From contig CM082578.2 in assembly GCA_040954595.2 (NCBI GenBank), positions 6,929,519-6,993,518 on the forward strand: a stretch of 64,000 nt of DNA, given 5' to 3'. Below, piece after piece: positions 34,804 to 48,612 of this stretch. Numbering within the stretch: position 1 is the stretch's first letter; each line of letters opens with the position of its first letter. The position numbers were made by a program, and so were the translations under genes. Origin of the DNA: Balanoglossus misakiensis. Its lineage: Eukaryota > Animalia > Hemichordata. The notes under the pieces are model-generated. The model saw only the letters and a list, made by a program, of their open reading frames with translations. It searched no databases and was not told the DNA's origin.

Positions 34804-34838
<35 letters not shown>

Positions 34839-35820
34839 AAGCTCCAGCCACTACCCCTTTAAGTGGCTGACCTTCAAAACAGGATGTTTTGTTTTTGAGC
34901 TTACATAAGGACTGGCTTCCCAGGAAAAAAACATCTGTGATTTTTCTCTGAACTTGCACTTCAGTTTTTTTTGTGTCCGCGATATATCCTTTTTGTAAGT
35001 GGGTGTTAAAATGGCAGACTAGGTGTGAAATTAATCGTGGGATATTGCTTCTAAGAAACTACTCCAGAGTTTATGTTTGTCGGGTAATGTCACCGTGTAG
35101 CCGGAACTTCTCAAGGTGTGGCTGTAGTCTCTTCCTGGAACTCTCGTCGAGATTTTAAAATAAAAGAAATTGTGGGCGGATGTCCAAATGTTTTTTACCA
35201 TCTCTTCCGAGCGGTAATTTTGAAACAGTCGCACAGAGATGATGAAAATACATAACTCCTGCTGATCCAGATCGAAATGAATACAGGTTTCACAGCAAGC
35301 CTTTGTGATATAATCAGCGATGTTTTGCAGTTTTTGATGTGAAGCGGGATAGAGACAGAGAGATATAGTAAGTTCTTGCTGATGAGGTCGGCTGTGTCAA
35401 GGTCTGGCAACTAAATCAAATCATTCCAAAGCAAAAAACAACGGTTGATAACAGGAAGCTATCATCAAATGACGGTACTTTTATAGACTCTTTCCAGACA
35501 AGGTCTGAAATCAAGCTGTGGGTTTTTTTCGCACACTTGTAAAACAAAAAAACAGTCGCGTAATCGCTCTCTTTTTTTCCCACCCAGCCCTCAAGCCATG
35601 TGTGTACGGGTGAAACTAGCAGCAAACTGATTGATCAGTGGTCAACATGTCAGCTGTACCCAAAGTCTGGATATTAATTTTCTTTTCTTTTTTTTCCTTC
35701 TTTTTCATTTCACAGACTGTGTCCATTCTAGAACAGAGGATGACCATGACAGAAAATAAATTACGCGAGTGTTTGGACAACCAACAGAAGATCACACTGC
35801 AGGTCCGGCCGAACGAGTAG
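26150..35820 (+). CDS. POC1: POC1 centriolar protein (WD40 repeats and C-terminal Poc1 coiled coil)
   Basis: Exons 26150-26164 (MATVL; least certain), 26751-26835 ([14 protein letters not shown]), 27150-27229, 27611-27702, 27885-27993, 28282-28460 ([30 protein letters not shown]), 28823-28938, 29171-29304 ([15 protein letters not shown]), 29533-29601, 30777-30932 (VMVWKTNFD), 31672-31758, 32629-32823 ([13 protein letters not shown]), 35716-35820 ([23 protein letters not shown]). Confidence 0.95.
27770..27860 (+). mobile_element. Internal fragment of MITE family C in a POC1 intron
   Basis: gttctaaagaacatatggtgg...cacccactgaaa..tgtgattggct is shared with 25160-25230. Confidence 0.6.
29991..30599. 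mobile_element. Palindromic MITE family B (TTAA TSD, AGGGG termini; Kolobok/T2-like) in a POC1 intron
   Basis: ttaa|AGGGGAAATCCG ... CGGATTTCCCCT|ttaa. About 210 bp near-perfect arms, degenerate out to about 260 bp, with a spacer of about 100 bp. Explains the mirrored ORFs 29987(-) and 30415(+). Confidence 0.9.
34337..34479. repeat. About 143-bp imperfect hairpin (small MITE or structured RNA) in the last POC1 intron
   Basis: caatctgattaaaat...ggtacggcaacgtcttttacttaca pairs with tgtaagtgaaagacgtcgccgtacc...attttaatcagattg. Confidence 0.75.
34640..34833. repeat. Short (TTG)n and (GAT)n microsatellites
   Basis: Visible at about 34640-34678 and 34804-34833. Confidence 0.85.
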
Positions 35821-38800
35821 GAGTAAAAAAAAACTGTATTTTTAAAAAAAATCATTCATGACTAAATTTTTTCGAAGAATAGTGCCGCAATGATAGTCTG
35901 GAATGTGTACATTCGAATGCGCCCAGAAATGAAAAGTGTAGATTTCAGACTAGTTTGACAAATGTGACCAGCTTGGTTAGAGTCGTGTGTATACTCACAT
36001 AAACTTAACACTTATGTGTAAACTGTGTACATGTACATTTCAACAAGGGGTTAAGAGGGCGCGGGTTAAGAGTTGACTGGTCCGAAAATTATTAGCTGTC
36101 TGCAGGGGATGTGTGGTGGTGTCCCCCCCCCCCCCCATGAGCTTAGCAAATCATAGTTATTTATGAACTCAGTGTATGTGTCTTTTCCTCGTCGTTCTGT
36201 TGTGTTCTCTGTTTGGCTTGGGGTGGCATTATCCCTCATGATCATTGGAGAACCTCTTTCCCTCCCTGATAGAATTGTGCCGTCCCTTATGGGAGAGGCA
36301 ATACCATCCCCCCCCCCCCCCTGCAATGTGCCTTTCAGGCTCTGCGATGATATTGCTCCGTCCCTTCTGCGAAAAGAACTTCAAAAGTGTATTTTTACCA
36401 TGGTAACTTGAACCTGTGTCTTCCCACCTTGAACAACCATGTTTTTTTCCATGTAATGTATATGCCACTGTTGATTTGAAGGCCAAACTGTAAAGTTTTG
36501 GTTTGTGACCTGGTACTTAGAAGAGACATAAAGACTTACATAAATCAAACTATTTGTTTCTTGTCCTGGAAATTCTTAAAGAATAGCCAAAAAACTATAT
36601 TCTACATTTGGTACTTAATTTCGAGATAATCTGTTTTCCTGGAAAGTTTGAGGTAAAAAACTACAAGTGATATTTTCACGGGTGACTGACTACACTGTTA
36701 TTTGGTCAAATTTTTACGCAAGCCCAATAATGTGTTTCAACATGCAATGCCTTTTGGGGGTAAATGAAAAAAATTGTAGCCTCATACAGAGAGCAAAAAG
36801 AAGGGTTTATAACCTCAAGTTTACAGCTACTGTAGGTTACTTGTTTACGTTCAAAATATAAATTTGAATCCTGGTATGCAGCAGATGGAAAAAGGTTATC
36901 TCATTTGGGGGTAATGTTTGTGAAAATGTAAACAGTACTTACAAGCTTCTGTAAGAAAAGTTTGACAGTTTATGGCGATAAAGAGGGCGAGAGATCTTTT
37001 TTTTGACACAGATAGAGGTGGTGTTAACAGCTGCAAATGGGGAATGTGGTCCCATTCCGAATAACTGCCATTACTCAGTTTGTGTGGGTTTCTCTGTGTG
37101 TATGTGTTTGTATGTGTGTTTAATCCCCTATCCAAGTGTACAGGTCCTAATGAACAATTTATTATGTGGTTTGGGAGTTTTATATTTTCTAAGAAAAGAG
37201 AGAAGGTTATTGCTAATTCTCCAGATGTAATGAAATTTAAAAAATGGGAAACTTAAATGTTATTCTGAAATTTAATCAATAGAAGTTACAGTGTGATTTT
37301 GAGAAATTACCACATTTTATATTAGTAATGTAGTAAAGTAGTATGATCTTTTGTACAGATCTTTCTTGTTCTTTGTTTTATTATTTTTTTGGAGTGTATA
37401 TTCTTTTCAACAGCTTCTTCAGAATCTGTCAACTTCTGAGCTCTGTGAATCCTAGAACCGACTAATTCGAAAGGAAGGCTGGTAGACCACCTACAACAAC
37501 TAGAGCAAGTTCTGCTAACATTTCACCCTCATTTCCACAATATAATATGTCATTCCCATGCTACTGGGCAAAAGAAAAACAAAAAACGCCAGAGTTCAGA
37601 CCAATTCGCCGGCGGTGGGAAGGTTGAGACAAGCCAAAGCAGAATTTTCCCACAACATGTTGTAGCTATCAGCAGTAACTGTAAATTTCATCCTGTTATC
37701 GTACCACGTAGCATTTTTTTACAGGACCCTGTAACAACTTTAACACATCAGCTCAGTGTCTCAGTCCGAGACCTCCACTTGAGAATCGTTTCACCGCACA
37801 CACGGCATCTCGCCCCCACACACGCAAGGTCCAACATGCTGGAAATCCACTGAACTTGAACTTTTCCATGAAATTGCTGAAATTCACAATGTTTTTCAGG
37901 AGGTCACCTTCCTTTCTGGTAGAGTTCACTCAAGGACATTGTAGAACACACCCAGCTTCCCTTGAGAAACGGCAGCTGACTGACATATAAAAAAAATGAT
38001 AATTGTACTTCTGGGATCTCACGATAATTTGTTCTCTATGCCATATGCTTCTTTCTTTCTTTCTTCTTGGTATGTGTGATAATAGTAGTAAGAATTTGTG
38101 GATGCTGATTTGATCTTTATCTGTCCCCTTGTTTTGGTTGAATTCAATCATCCTTGATGAAATCAGGAATGTAGCTCAATTAAACTCAAATAAACTGTGG
38201 GACTTGCCCCACGATTGTGTAAGGATTGAAGTTGGTTTATGGTGTGTTTATTTGTCCTGGCAGTGGTGTTGATTGGAAGGGCTGGGAAGGTCTTATCCGG
38301 TAGTGGTCTCGGGACAGGAGGGTCTGTGGTACGGCAGTTGGTTTGGGGGAGAGATACCAGATGTGGTCTATAACACAAGAAAGTCTCCAGTCTGCTTGGT
38401 ATCCTTCCCAATGCTGCTGACCAAAATCCATCACCACAAGGTGACTGGTCTTAGTACACAGAGTAGTCTAGTACCTAGCTGTAGAATCTAGTAACCCATT
38501 TACGGCCCACTCAGAACCTGAATAACGTGCATGCCGATAAAACTCCACTGGTTTCGCACGCAACATTCCACATTCGCTAGGGGAAAAAACACAAGAGAGC
38601 TTTGATCTATTAAAATGTAGCAGGATCGGATATAAACACAACATAGGCACATCAAATGTTGGTACATCGGCACTGGAACATTTCTGTAGGAAAAGTGTGG
38701 AACATGTGTGGAGAATATTGTTCGATATGGACATCAGCCGACAGTGGTATCAATAAAAGTAAACAGAATCCCCTAAGATAAATGAGATAAAGTGTAATAA

Positions 38801-41800
38801 AAAATAGTGGCATTTAATAGTTTTTGCACTTCAGATATTTTATCCCAGGTTGAACATGCAGTTGTGAGATAAGTCGACATGTTTGTCTGCTTGCTTGCTT
38901 GCTTGCTTGCAATATATAGACTGGGTCTTCCCAGGTATTTCATGGTTTACGTGCCCCCCCCCCCCCCCGCCACACACACTACACCCTCCACTTGGTTTCC
39001 TGGTAATCAGATTTTTTGATAAAGACAAACCTTCATCCCTTTGACCCATTGCCCTGCACGTTTAATTAATAGGTCCATCAAAACAATAAATCACTCCATC
39101 AAAATCATTTTGACAATGAGGGGACAATCATTGGTTACTAACTTAAAATTTGTCATGATTTTAGTGTTGAATTAAAGGTTACCTCACATTATTGTACCCA
39201 CCAGGAGATTGGTGTTTGCTTTCTTGTTACGTTTGCTAAATGCATATTTGGATGCACCCCCAAAAATGACTGACATAAGCGCGGAACACCGCCCAAATTA
39301 GCGAGGTATCCACCCTACATATTCCTTGCCCCTTTAAACATTGCCCATTGAACTTGTAAGCTCACAGTCGAATACCCCCGCTGAGAAAGATAACTGACAT
39401 CCCCTTGATATGAAGTCAATCACAGAATCTGATCCTCGGGTCAATGATGGGATGAATGATGATGACCATGTAATACCCCTCCTTGGTTCATTGTAACATA
39501 TCCTATGAATTGAGAAAAAAAATATGCGCAATGATTGACTTCGGGGGGGGGGGGGTCACCATTTACATCAAATTTCTTAGTAGAGGGGTATTGGGCCAGT
39601 AGGTGGCAATTTCGATGCTTGTCGTTTTACTCAAATTCAGTTAGAATTAACATTGCAAAAGACTTAATCAATTGAAACGCGAAATTTCTGTTATACCCGA
39701 CAACCGCATGGCAGTATTGGAAAACCACACCTGGTCCATAAAAATCAGTTTTAAAAGGTTAAAAATTGGTTGGAAACGTCCAGCATTACACCTGGAGATT
39801 AAGAAAATCGCGACTTTTCAATAATATTGCAGCTGAAATGCCTTGATACATTGGTCATGTCTCCCAAATCACACTGCAATACACTCTGATTCCCGCCCTT
39901 TAATAGCAAAGCGCAATCACTGCAGCCTAGTCCAGCATTAACCAATTCAGAATTAATCCGTTACTTAAAATACCGACCCCGTCATCACTGCCACCTCATC
40001 TATCACTCCAATGAATTGGCAAATTTTCATTGACAAAATCAAACGGAGTCATCAGTTTTGTTGTGATATCACGTCTTTATTTATCGATCTTGGCAACCTC
40101 GCCTTTTTTCCTCTGTCTGATAAATAACTTAAAATGTGTCTATGCCAATTCCGGTGTGGCTATTTTTGTTTGAACAGGTAATCAGGCATTTCCACTTCTG
40201 AAGTGTTTACATGTCACATGTTTTAAATCATGGGCTATTCACTCAATGTGTACAAAGTTGACTTGCCGCCGAAACGGGAACACTTGTGTGATCTACCAAG
40301 CTCTTGATGTATTTTCATGTCTGAATTAATTTACTCTTCAGACCTGCTCATTAAAAAAATATATGTTGTTTTCCAGATACGATATTTGGAACGAGGAATT
40401 ACAATGCTACCAATCTGAATTAAAGTCTGGAATCAATCCTGCATTTTCTTGACTCCGTAATTTTTACAGGAAGAATATATTATAAACTCATATCTTTTGC
40501 TCTTTTCCTAGCATTTTGGCTCTGTTTCATCGTGATTTCTGTCAACATAATTTTTAACAGAAACTATGCAGTTGCCTTGACAACCCTTTCATCCGTGACT
40601 CATTGCTCGTACGCGGGGATCTCTTCAACAGAACTTGTGGTTCAAGTGACTCTTGAGGAGTCAACGGGGCTCTCTTTGCGTTTGGCAGAAATGGGACTGA
40701 GGGATTGCAAACCACTAAACGCTTCCGATTCCAACAGGTTTTTGTCACACAGAATTAATTCAAAAGTGGTTCTGCCCAGCGTACATACAGCTGATAAAGT
40801 TCAAGATACTAGTAATAGGAAAAAATGCAGACGGTTTGTCAACACTCCGAGCTACTTGATAACCGCGTGTTTATATTTTTTGTTTCGAAAACAACACGCG
40901 AAGTCAAAATGCGGACAGTTGACGGCTGAATTTTCAAAGCGCCATATCTTGATTTATTACACTGACTTTGATTGGTCTACAGTCCAGTCAGTACTTGTAG
41001 GCCTACCTTCTACTAACTCTATTTACAGTCAGTGCCCCCAATTTGAATATTTCTCCCGCGAAAAAAACTCCCTCCAAAATTAACAGTTTGTTTATGAATG
41101 ATGACTACTACACTTGCCGATGTTTGAACAACCCTACAAAGTTTCCCGCGCCGAACCAGAGTGGTACCAATAATAGCGCATTACAGCAAACTGAGAAAAT
41201 GTGAGCGACTCCAGATTGTAAGCAGGTGGCAATTAGATGAATTTACCATCTTGAATTTCCTAAAAGAAGGGGACGAAAATTACTGCAAAAGAATTTGCAG
41301 TGGAATCTACATATGTATACCATGTGAGGGGAATGGGAACAACATTTACCATGTTTACAATTTACATGAATCGGGAAATAATGGAACGGTGTTTTTTTCA
41401 ATAAATGTATATATACCACGGAAACAACAGGACTTTCATCAGACACTTGCTATCTGAACAGTTTAATGAAATTTGTTCCAACAGGAAGACAAATATTTGA
41501 TTTGGCATTGGTCTGTGAACTGTCAATATAGTTGACCCTTGACTGGGCCAAATCTGATTTTAGGCAACTTCACACTCTCGACCTTGTCCCATTTTTCTCT
41601 GCACATGCGCAAGCACAGAATTATTCCCGTTTTACCCTTCTTTTGATGGTCCGATTGACCGTTTTTGTCACAAGTGTATTTACGACCTTTCCATATTAAA
41701 ATGTCAGTTGGTTTTGAGCAAGAGAGTACATGTATTAACTTCTAGGCCTACATCCTTTGCCAATTTATGTGCTTATCGAAATATTACAGATGGCCAGACT

Positions 41801-42294
41801 GCTTTAATATTATCGTCTGCATCTGCTCGGTGATCTTGAACTATAGTTCCCCCCTTGTGCTCGTCTAGAATCCAACGGATGTTTTCATGTCCTGTGTTTC
41901 CATGTTTTCGGAGTTTACACTTAATCTTCATGCAAACAGATGGCTATTAAAGCTATACGCTAACAAACACACCTCCTAGATTATCAGATTTTAGTGATTT
42001 TGAAGGTGTGACAAAAAGAGAAGTCTTGATTTGTCAGGTTACAGCTTGGTTTAAATATTAAAAGTCATATTACTAGTAAAGTTGCCTTGACAAATTACTA
42101 CACTATCTGGGATTCGTTGGAATTTAATTTATATTACAAATTAAAATGTCAAGATATCTTTGCTAGGTGTGTTAAAGGGTTGTTTATTCAGACAGGGACT
42201 TTGGTTTACAAGCATCCACGTACTGTACATGTTTGATATGATAGCCATATGAGAAATAAACTGTTTTAACCGTGCGGTTAGGAAGTTTGGAAAG

Positions 42295-42963
42295 CACGTT
42301 TCGGTATAGTAAGCTCACGCAATGGTATGCATGCCTCTATATATACTCGGTTACATACCGTTTAAACTCCATGCCAATAAGAGCGGCATCGTCCCTTTAA
42401 AACTGTGTGTATCGAGAGAAAGCGATTTTCAGGGAACCAGCGTAAAACATCACTGCTTACGGTGCAACTAATTATTCTTCTGGTGGTGGTGCCATCAACA
42501 CCTGTTGGACTTGAACGGTGATGAACCCATGATACCGCTGATCTCGAAACAGCTATATTACATCATAGACAGTATTACATTTAAAATCAGTCAGCTTATA
42601 TTACATAATTAGTGGAAAACTTAATTAACACATAAATACATTACATGATCCTTTAATCCGAAGCCCAATTTTCTATGAAAAAATGACCTCTCTGTATAGG
42701 CTCTCTTGGTGAATTTTGTTTGGTACGTTGGATCGCTAGATTGACTAGTTGGTCAACTGTGATGCCGTCTCCTTGTAGGCAGACTAGATTAAAAACATTC
42801 GATGAAAGATTTTAAGATTTTTGTCAAAAAACAACGTGTTTCGGCATAAGTTCACACTAGAATGCATGCCTGTTTAATTATACACTGTTACATAAGGTTA
42901 AGACTCCATGCAAAAAAGAGCGACGTTGTCCCTTTAAACTGTGTCTATCGAGAGAATAGGATT
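42295..42963 (+). repeat. Diverged direct repeat of about 130 bp (42295-42429 and 42834-42963)
   Basis: Shared tttcgg..taag.tcac..atgcatgcct..gttacata..actccatgc.aa.aagagcg..gtccctttaaa.ctgtgt.tatcgagagaa. Confidence 0.7.
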
Positions 42964-45407
42964 TACTGTCAATTAAATTCTGCAATCAAGAATAATGATG
43001 ACCGGCTGATCAGAAACATTGTTTTTCTCAGCTCATGAAATCATCTCACGTGATTTCTGACATACTTTGGCATTTCAGAGAACGCAAAATCTGCAAAATA
43101 TCAACGTTATTTTCATTATTACGAATTTTGATTCAATTAGGCTTAATATATGATTACTATTATCGTATGAAATTATTGCTATCCCGCAGAAGAAACTGGA
43201 TCACTGACCTAATAATCATTTGGGTCACCGACCCAATATCGCGTCTTAGCTCAAAACAAGATGAGTTCACTGTTTCTGGGAGATTAAACTTTTAAATCCA
43301 GTCACCTTTTCTTCTCAGAAGGTTGTTAAATATCCCCGTCAGCCGGGGTTTGTGACTCGGGCGTGGAAATCGCCCTTTCGTGCATTTCTACAACTAGATT
43401 TATATAAACGTCCATGCAACGCTGGATGATCCTATACGCAGAGTACTATACACAGATATGAAACAGCAATGACACAGCAAATGTAATCAAACTGTATCAC
43501 GTATCATGCACGTTGATCTTGTCAAAGAAATAGTGGGGAGCGAAAGTGTGTTGATTGAAAACCATGATGTAGGCATTGCCACATACTAGTATGATGTATA
43601 TGCTCAAGTGCCAAGTAATGCTCCTTTTGTAGACTTCTCATGTGGAGTTCGGGGTATTGTTGAGTAAGAGATATATATGAATGTGTATCGCATGAAAACG
43701 AAATGTTGCTCTCTTTTGTGTTACTAATACTGTTTGGGGAAAATAGTACTTGTTTAAATCCGGGTCATGTTTTTCTTCAATTACAAACAGAATTCAACAT
43801 CTTGGTCTTTTTTTCAGATTTCTTCTCAGCAACTGTTGCTTAGCAATCGCACTATGTCCGCATGCACATTTTCATGGTAATTGTCGAGATTTTGAGTGAA
43901 AGAGACAATTCTCAAGAGATTTTAATCTCATATTTCTTGGTGACTTTCAGAAAAGCAATCAAGTTTTCATTTTCATAGTTTTCATGTCTGCTGGCGTTTT
44001 ATAATGCAGTAAAATCACCGCAGGCAGAATAATGAAAACTTGGGTTTTTGTCCTTATTTTTCCCGACTGTGAAATCTGTGGCACAGAATGAAACAGTACA
44101 CCTCTTTGCGGATATTAGTTTTGAATAAATATGTGTCTTTCCATAAATAGAATCGAGTCTATGGAAAGGCGGGGTTCGCAGGAAATTAATACTACCGCAA
44201 AACACATGCTGTAACAGTGGATACATGATGGTCACTGTGTAAACGTGTGGTGCTGCTATAGGCTCGGCTCTCGACGTGTCTCATCTCACTCTAGTATATA
44301 ATACTCTGATCTCCGATGGTTTTTTTCTGATTCCCGTTTTTTTCCACCACATCCTGACCTATACCCATCAACAGATGATGAAACAATCAATGCTCAGTCG
44401 GCAACTCAGTATATTGGTTTCACAAGATTGGAAAGACGGTCACACTTGGCTTCTTGCCCCGAAGTGCAGAGGAAAAAAACACACAAACCGACGTGTCACT
44501 TTACTTCACGCGAAGTCCATATTGCCTGTCAACGGGATATGTGAGACGAAGACGTTGAACCCCGAATCTTTACCTCGGTTTTAATTTTTTACATAACTTT
44601 TGCATTATTTTCATGACTTTATTTTCAAACTTGGAATGGTTCCTTTAAATTAGCTTTCTAGTAAATATACACAAATACATCATCAACCTCTGAACGTAGC
44701 TGTGCATTTACTATGAACAAGTTAAACAATAAACAGGTGCCCCACCCGTTAATTCGGTCGTCCATTGCAAGAGTACATGTACACAACCTTCGTGGTGTAC
44801 ACACATCATGGGCATAAGAATCTCCACAAATTCAAAACATTTTCGTCCATCGACTAAGGAGAAGGGGAAAGAGATTTGTTATCGATTGAAAAATATGCAA
44901 AAAGTGTCAGCTATACCGGGGCTTTAAAGTCTCCCGGTCATGCTGATCTCCGACGGACAACAAAAGAATGACACACCTTGTAAATAGATTAAAGAGTGCT
45001 GGGTCAGTTAATAAAAAAAGTAATGCTGGCACATAATTGAGACAAATGTGTTTTGATTGCTTGAAATTGCCATTATGTTTAAAGTGATGTTTCCTGTAAT
45101 GAAAACTTTTAACCCCTTTTCCTGTGCAATAAAAATATGTTGACAACCATTTCAAATCGATTAGTCTTGCGAGAAGCGGCGGGTTTGCAGGGGGCAGGGT
45201 ACTGGAAACTGATGGCGTTACAGTGAAGAATGGAACATTTGTCTGCAATTATACCCTACCTATCCCGCCATCCCACTTCAACTGAAGATGAACGTGAAAT
45301 TAAAAAAAAAACGCTTTTCATGTTGTTGCAGCATAAAACTTAATCAATCAGCCATAGAACGTAGAAATGCCGTGCGAGGGAAACATTGAACAGATGTTAA
45401 TTGTGGC

Positions 45408-45525
<118 letters not shown>

Positions 45526-45807
45526 TCTAGTAAGTCGTGGATTTCTGCTACGTTGTGATCTTTCGCTGCTGAAATTCTGTGCGCATTCTCGCCGTCGGAT
45601 CGACCCAGATTCCCCGACAAGGAAAGACCTGTTTTATAACCGATCGACCCAAATTTTCGGGCCGAATAATGACTTGTAAATAACCAGACTATAAGCAAGA
45701 CGAATGATGACCCTGGTTGTCCTAATTTTAGATGTCATTTATCATACCCCGTATTATGTTTGATTGAAATGATTACAATAATGTGCCTGTTTCAAGAACA
45801 GATTTTT

Positions 45808-47543
45808 ATGGGGTGCCATGTGTTAACTTATTATTTAGCTAAATTATTTGTTCAAAAGTCGTTATTTAACATACTTATATGTATGTAATTATAGATTTGC
45901 AAACCATTTAAGTCCTGACAATTTATTTATAAATAATTTCAAGTCGATTCAATTATATACATAAAATGTATTTTATGCTCTTTTATTTATATATAATTAA
46001 TTATTTATAAATAATAAAAATGTAAGTGTATTATATATATATCATGAGTGATGTACATAATTATTTATATTTAATTAATGATTTATAAATAAAAAAAATT
46101 TAAGTGTATTATATATATATCATGAGTGATTTATAAATAATTTAAGTGCAAGTCTATTATATATATATCATGAGTGATTTAAATTATATAATGAATTATA
46201 TATAAATAAGTGATTTCTAAACCATGAAAAAATGCACTCGCGCCGTTTGTCAACTTATTATTTAACGCAAACTCATTATTTAACGCAAACTCATTATTTA
46301 AGGCCTGTTCACACAACCCCTTGCATTTGGATCATTACGCACACATATAGTCCCCACACGTGAACAAGAAATGCACATTACGTGCGGTCATTTCAATTTA
46401 TATTATACTCCTTTCAAAGGTTAGATGAAACACCGAAAAAGGTATCAACTAGTTAGTGATTTTAGCCCGTGATTGCAATGTTTGATTGAAACGCGAAGAG
46501 CTGATCGATAGCTCTACATTGTGGTCTCCGAGGTCAAAGGTTGGCCGGTCATGACAATGCCATTATTAAAATAGGGGCCAGTCTTCAAGACGTGACTCTA
46601 CCAGCCTCCAGACCAGGAACTGGCGACCCGCCGTTTGTTTCCAACGCCAAATTTGATTCTAATGTTGAATTTACGAGAAAACAATTTATCTGACCTGTAG
46701 TTTTTTGGCTCACTTACGTTTTAATTTGGAAACTTACTTTAAAAAATCATACGCCACCGTTTTGATGACTGGCCCCTATTTTAATAATGGTATCGCCATG
46801 ACCGGCCAACCTTTGACCTCGGAGACCACAATGTAGAGCTATCGATCAGCTTTTCGCGTTTCAATCAAACATTGCAATCACGGGCTAAAATCACTAACTA
46901 GTTGATACCTTTTTCGGTGTTTCATCTAACCTTTGAAAGGAGTATAATATAAATTGAAATGACCGCACGTAATGTGCATTTCTTGTTCACGTGTGGGGAC
47001 TATATGTGTGCGTAATGATCCAAATGCAAGGGGTTGTGTGAACAGGCCTTAAATAATGAGTTTGCGTTAAATAATGAGTTTGCGTTAAATAATAAGTTGA
47101 CAAACGGCGCGAGTGCATTTTTTCATGGTTTAGAAATCACTTATTTATATATAATTCATTATATAATTTAAATCACTCATGATATATATATAATAGACTT
47201 GCACTTAAATTATTTATAAATCACTCATGATATATATATAATACACTTAAATTTTTTTTATTTATAAATCATTAATTAAATATAAATAATTATGTACATC
47301 ACTCATGATATATATATAATAAACTGACACTGACATTGTTTATAAATAATTAATTATATATAAATAAAAGAGCATAAAATACATTTTATGTATATAATTG
47401 AATCGACTTGAAATTATTTATAAATAAATTGTCAGGACTTAAATGGTTTGCAAATCTATAATTACATACATATAAAGTATGTTAAATAACGACTTTTGAA
47501 CAAATAATTTAGCTAAATAATAAGTTAACACATGGCACCCCAT
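45808..47543. mobile_element. Foldback-type non-autonomous DNA transposon with about 785-bp inverted arms
   Basis: Termini ATGGGGTGCCATGTGTTAACTT / AAGTTAACACATGGCACCCCAT; arms about 45808-46592 and 46758-47543, nearly identical; 8-bp direct repeat AGATTTTT at 45800-45807 and 47544-47551; AT-rich internal subrepeats. Confidence 0.92.
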
Positions 47544-47969
47544 AGATTTTTCCCATAATCTTATATTGTGACTGATCCATCTTCTAAATGGGTCTTGCAA
47601 CGAGAAAAGAAAGAAGAAAAGACGGGCCTTCGGGCCAAACCACAGACAAGCAAAGATAGTCAATTTTTCCGGTCAATATACCCTATCTCCTATAACCCAC
47701 CCGTCGAATCAGAAATCCCCGTCTAGAATCAATCATTTCGATTTCCGAACGCTGAACTAAAATCTTCAGTGTGGCCTCGCGCGTTTACTAGTAGATTGGA
47801 AATATGAGAAAGGTGCACAGTGTCTGTAGGTAAGAAATTGTTTCCGGTGGGCTCATGGAGCTCAGTAATCGAAAGACGATACTAGTATTCAAGAAAAGAA
47901 ACATTTCACGAGTTAATAAAAATATACACGCACTGAATGGTTCGTCGCTTCGCCTATTAGTATACTTAA

Positions 47970-48612
47970 GGGAGCATTCGTTTTTTACAGGGAGGGGGGG
48001 GGGCCGGTGGAAATCAGGGGGGGGGTTTACTTTTACAAAGCAGTTTTTAGGGGGGGACAAATTTTATAATCAAGGGATTATTATATAGGGACTGAAAGGG
48101 GGGGACTTGAAAACTTTGACGGCTAAATATTTATTTTGAGTCCACAAAAATGCAGTTTCGCGTCCTTTATTTTACAAAATTTTCTAATGTGGGAGGGGGA
48201 CACCCCCTCCCACACCCACCCCCTTCATTCATCAACACCTTTCAATCATTGACTGGTTTATCTAGTGTCCCAGGTCAGGGGACTTGCCCCCACCCGATGA
48301 TAACTTTGAGCGGCGACGTTAATTTGCTTTTGCTGGGTTCATTAAAATGCAGCTTTGAGCTCTGTATTTTATAAAATTTTCTTACGTGGGAGGGGGACAC
48401 CCCCTCCCAAACCCACCCCCTTCAATGTGGTATGTCGAACATACACCAATATCTGACAAAGTTTGATAAGTTTAATCCAGTGGATAAACTTTTTTTTTGG
48501 GGGGGGGTCACATTTTAGAAAAGTAATTTCCAGGGGGGGTTGCCTTTTACATTTAGTCGGCGACTCAAATTCCACCGGCCCCCCCCCCTCCCTGTAAAAA
48601 ACGAATGCTCCC
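47970..48612 (+). mobile_element. PIF/Harbinger-like MITE with its own TIR but a family-A internal core
   Basis: TIR GGGAGCATTCGTTTTTTACAGGGAGGGGGGGGGCCGGTGGAA at both ends, TAA on both flanks; 48086-48426 matches the family A interior. Confidence 0.88.

Noticed and set aside
40532-41083. 183-aa ORF, with an LRR-like antisense snippet (LESEAFSGLQSL)
   Set aside because: Single short motif followed by a stop, no supporting splice structure or further repeats; consistent with chance.
47625-47637. GGCC-TTCG-GGCC tetraloop hairpin beside the foldback element
   Set aside because: Only a 4-bp stem with no wider RNA structure evident.
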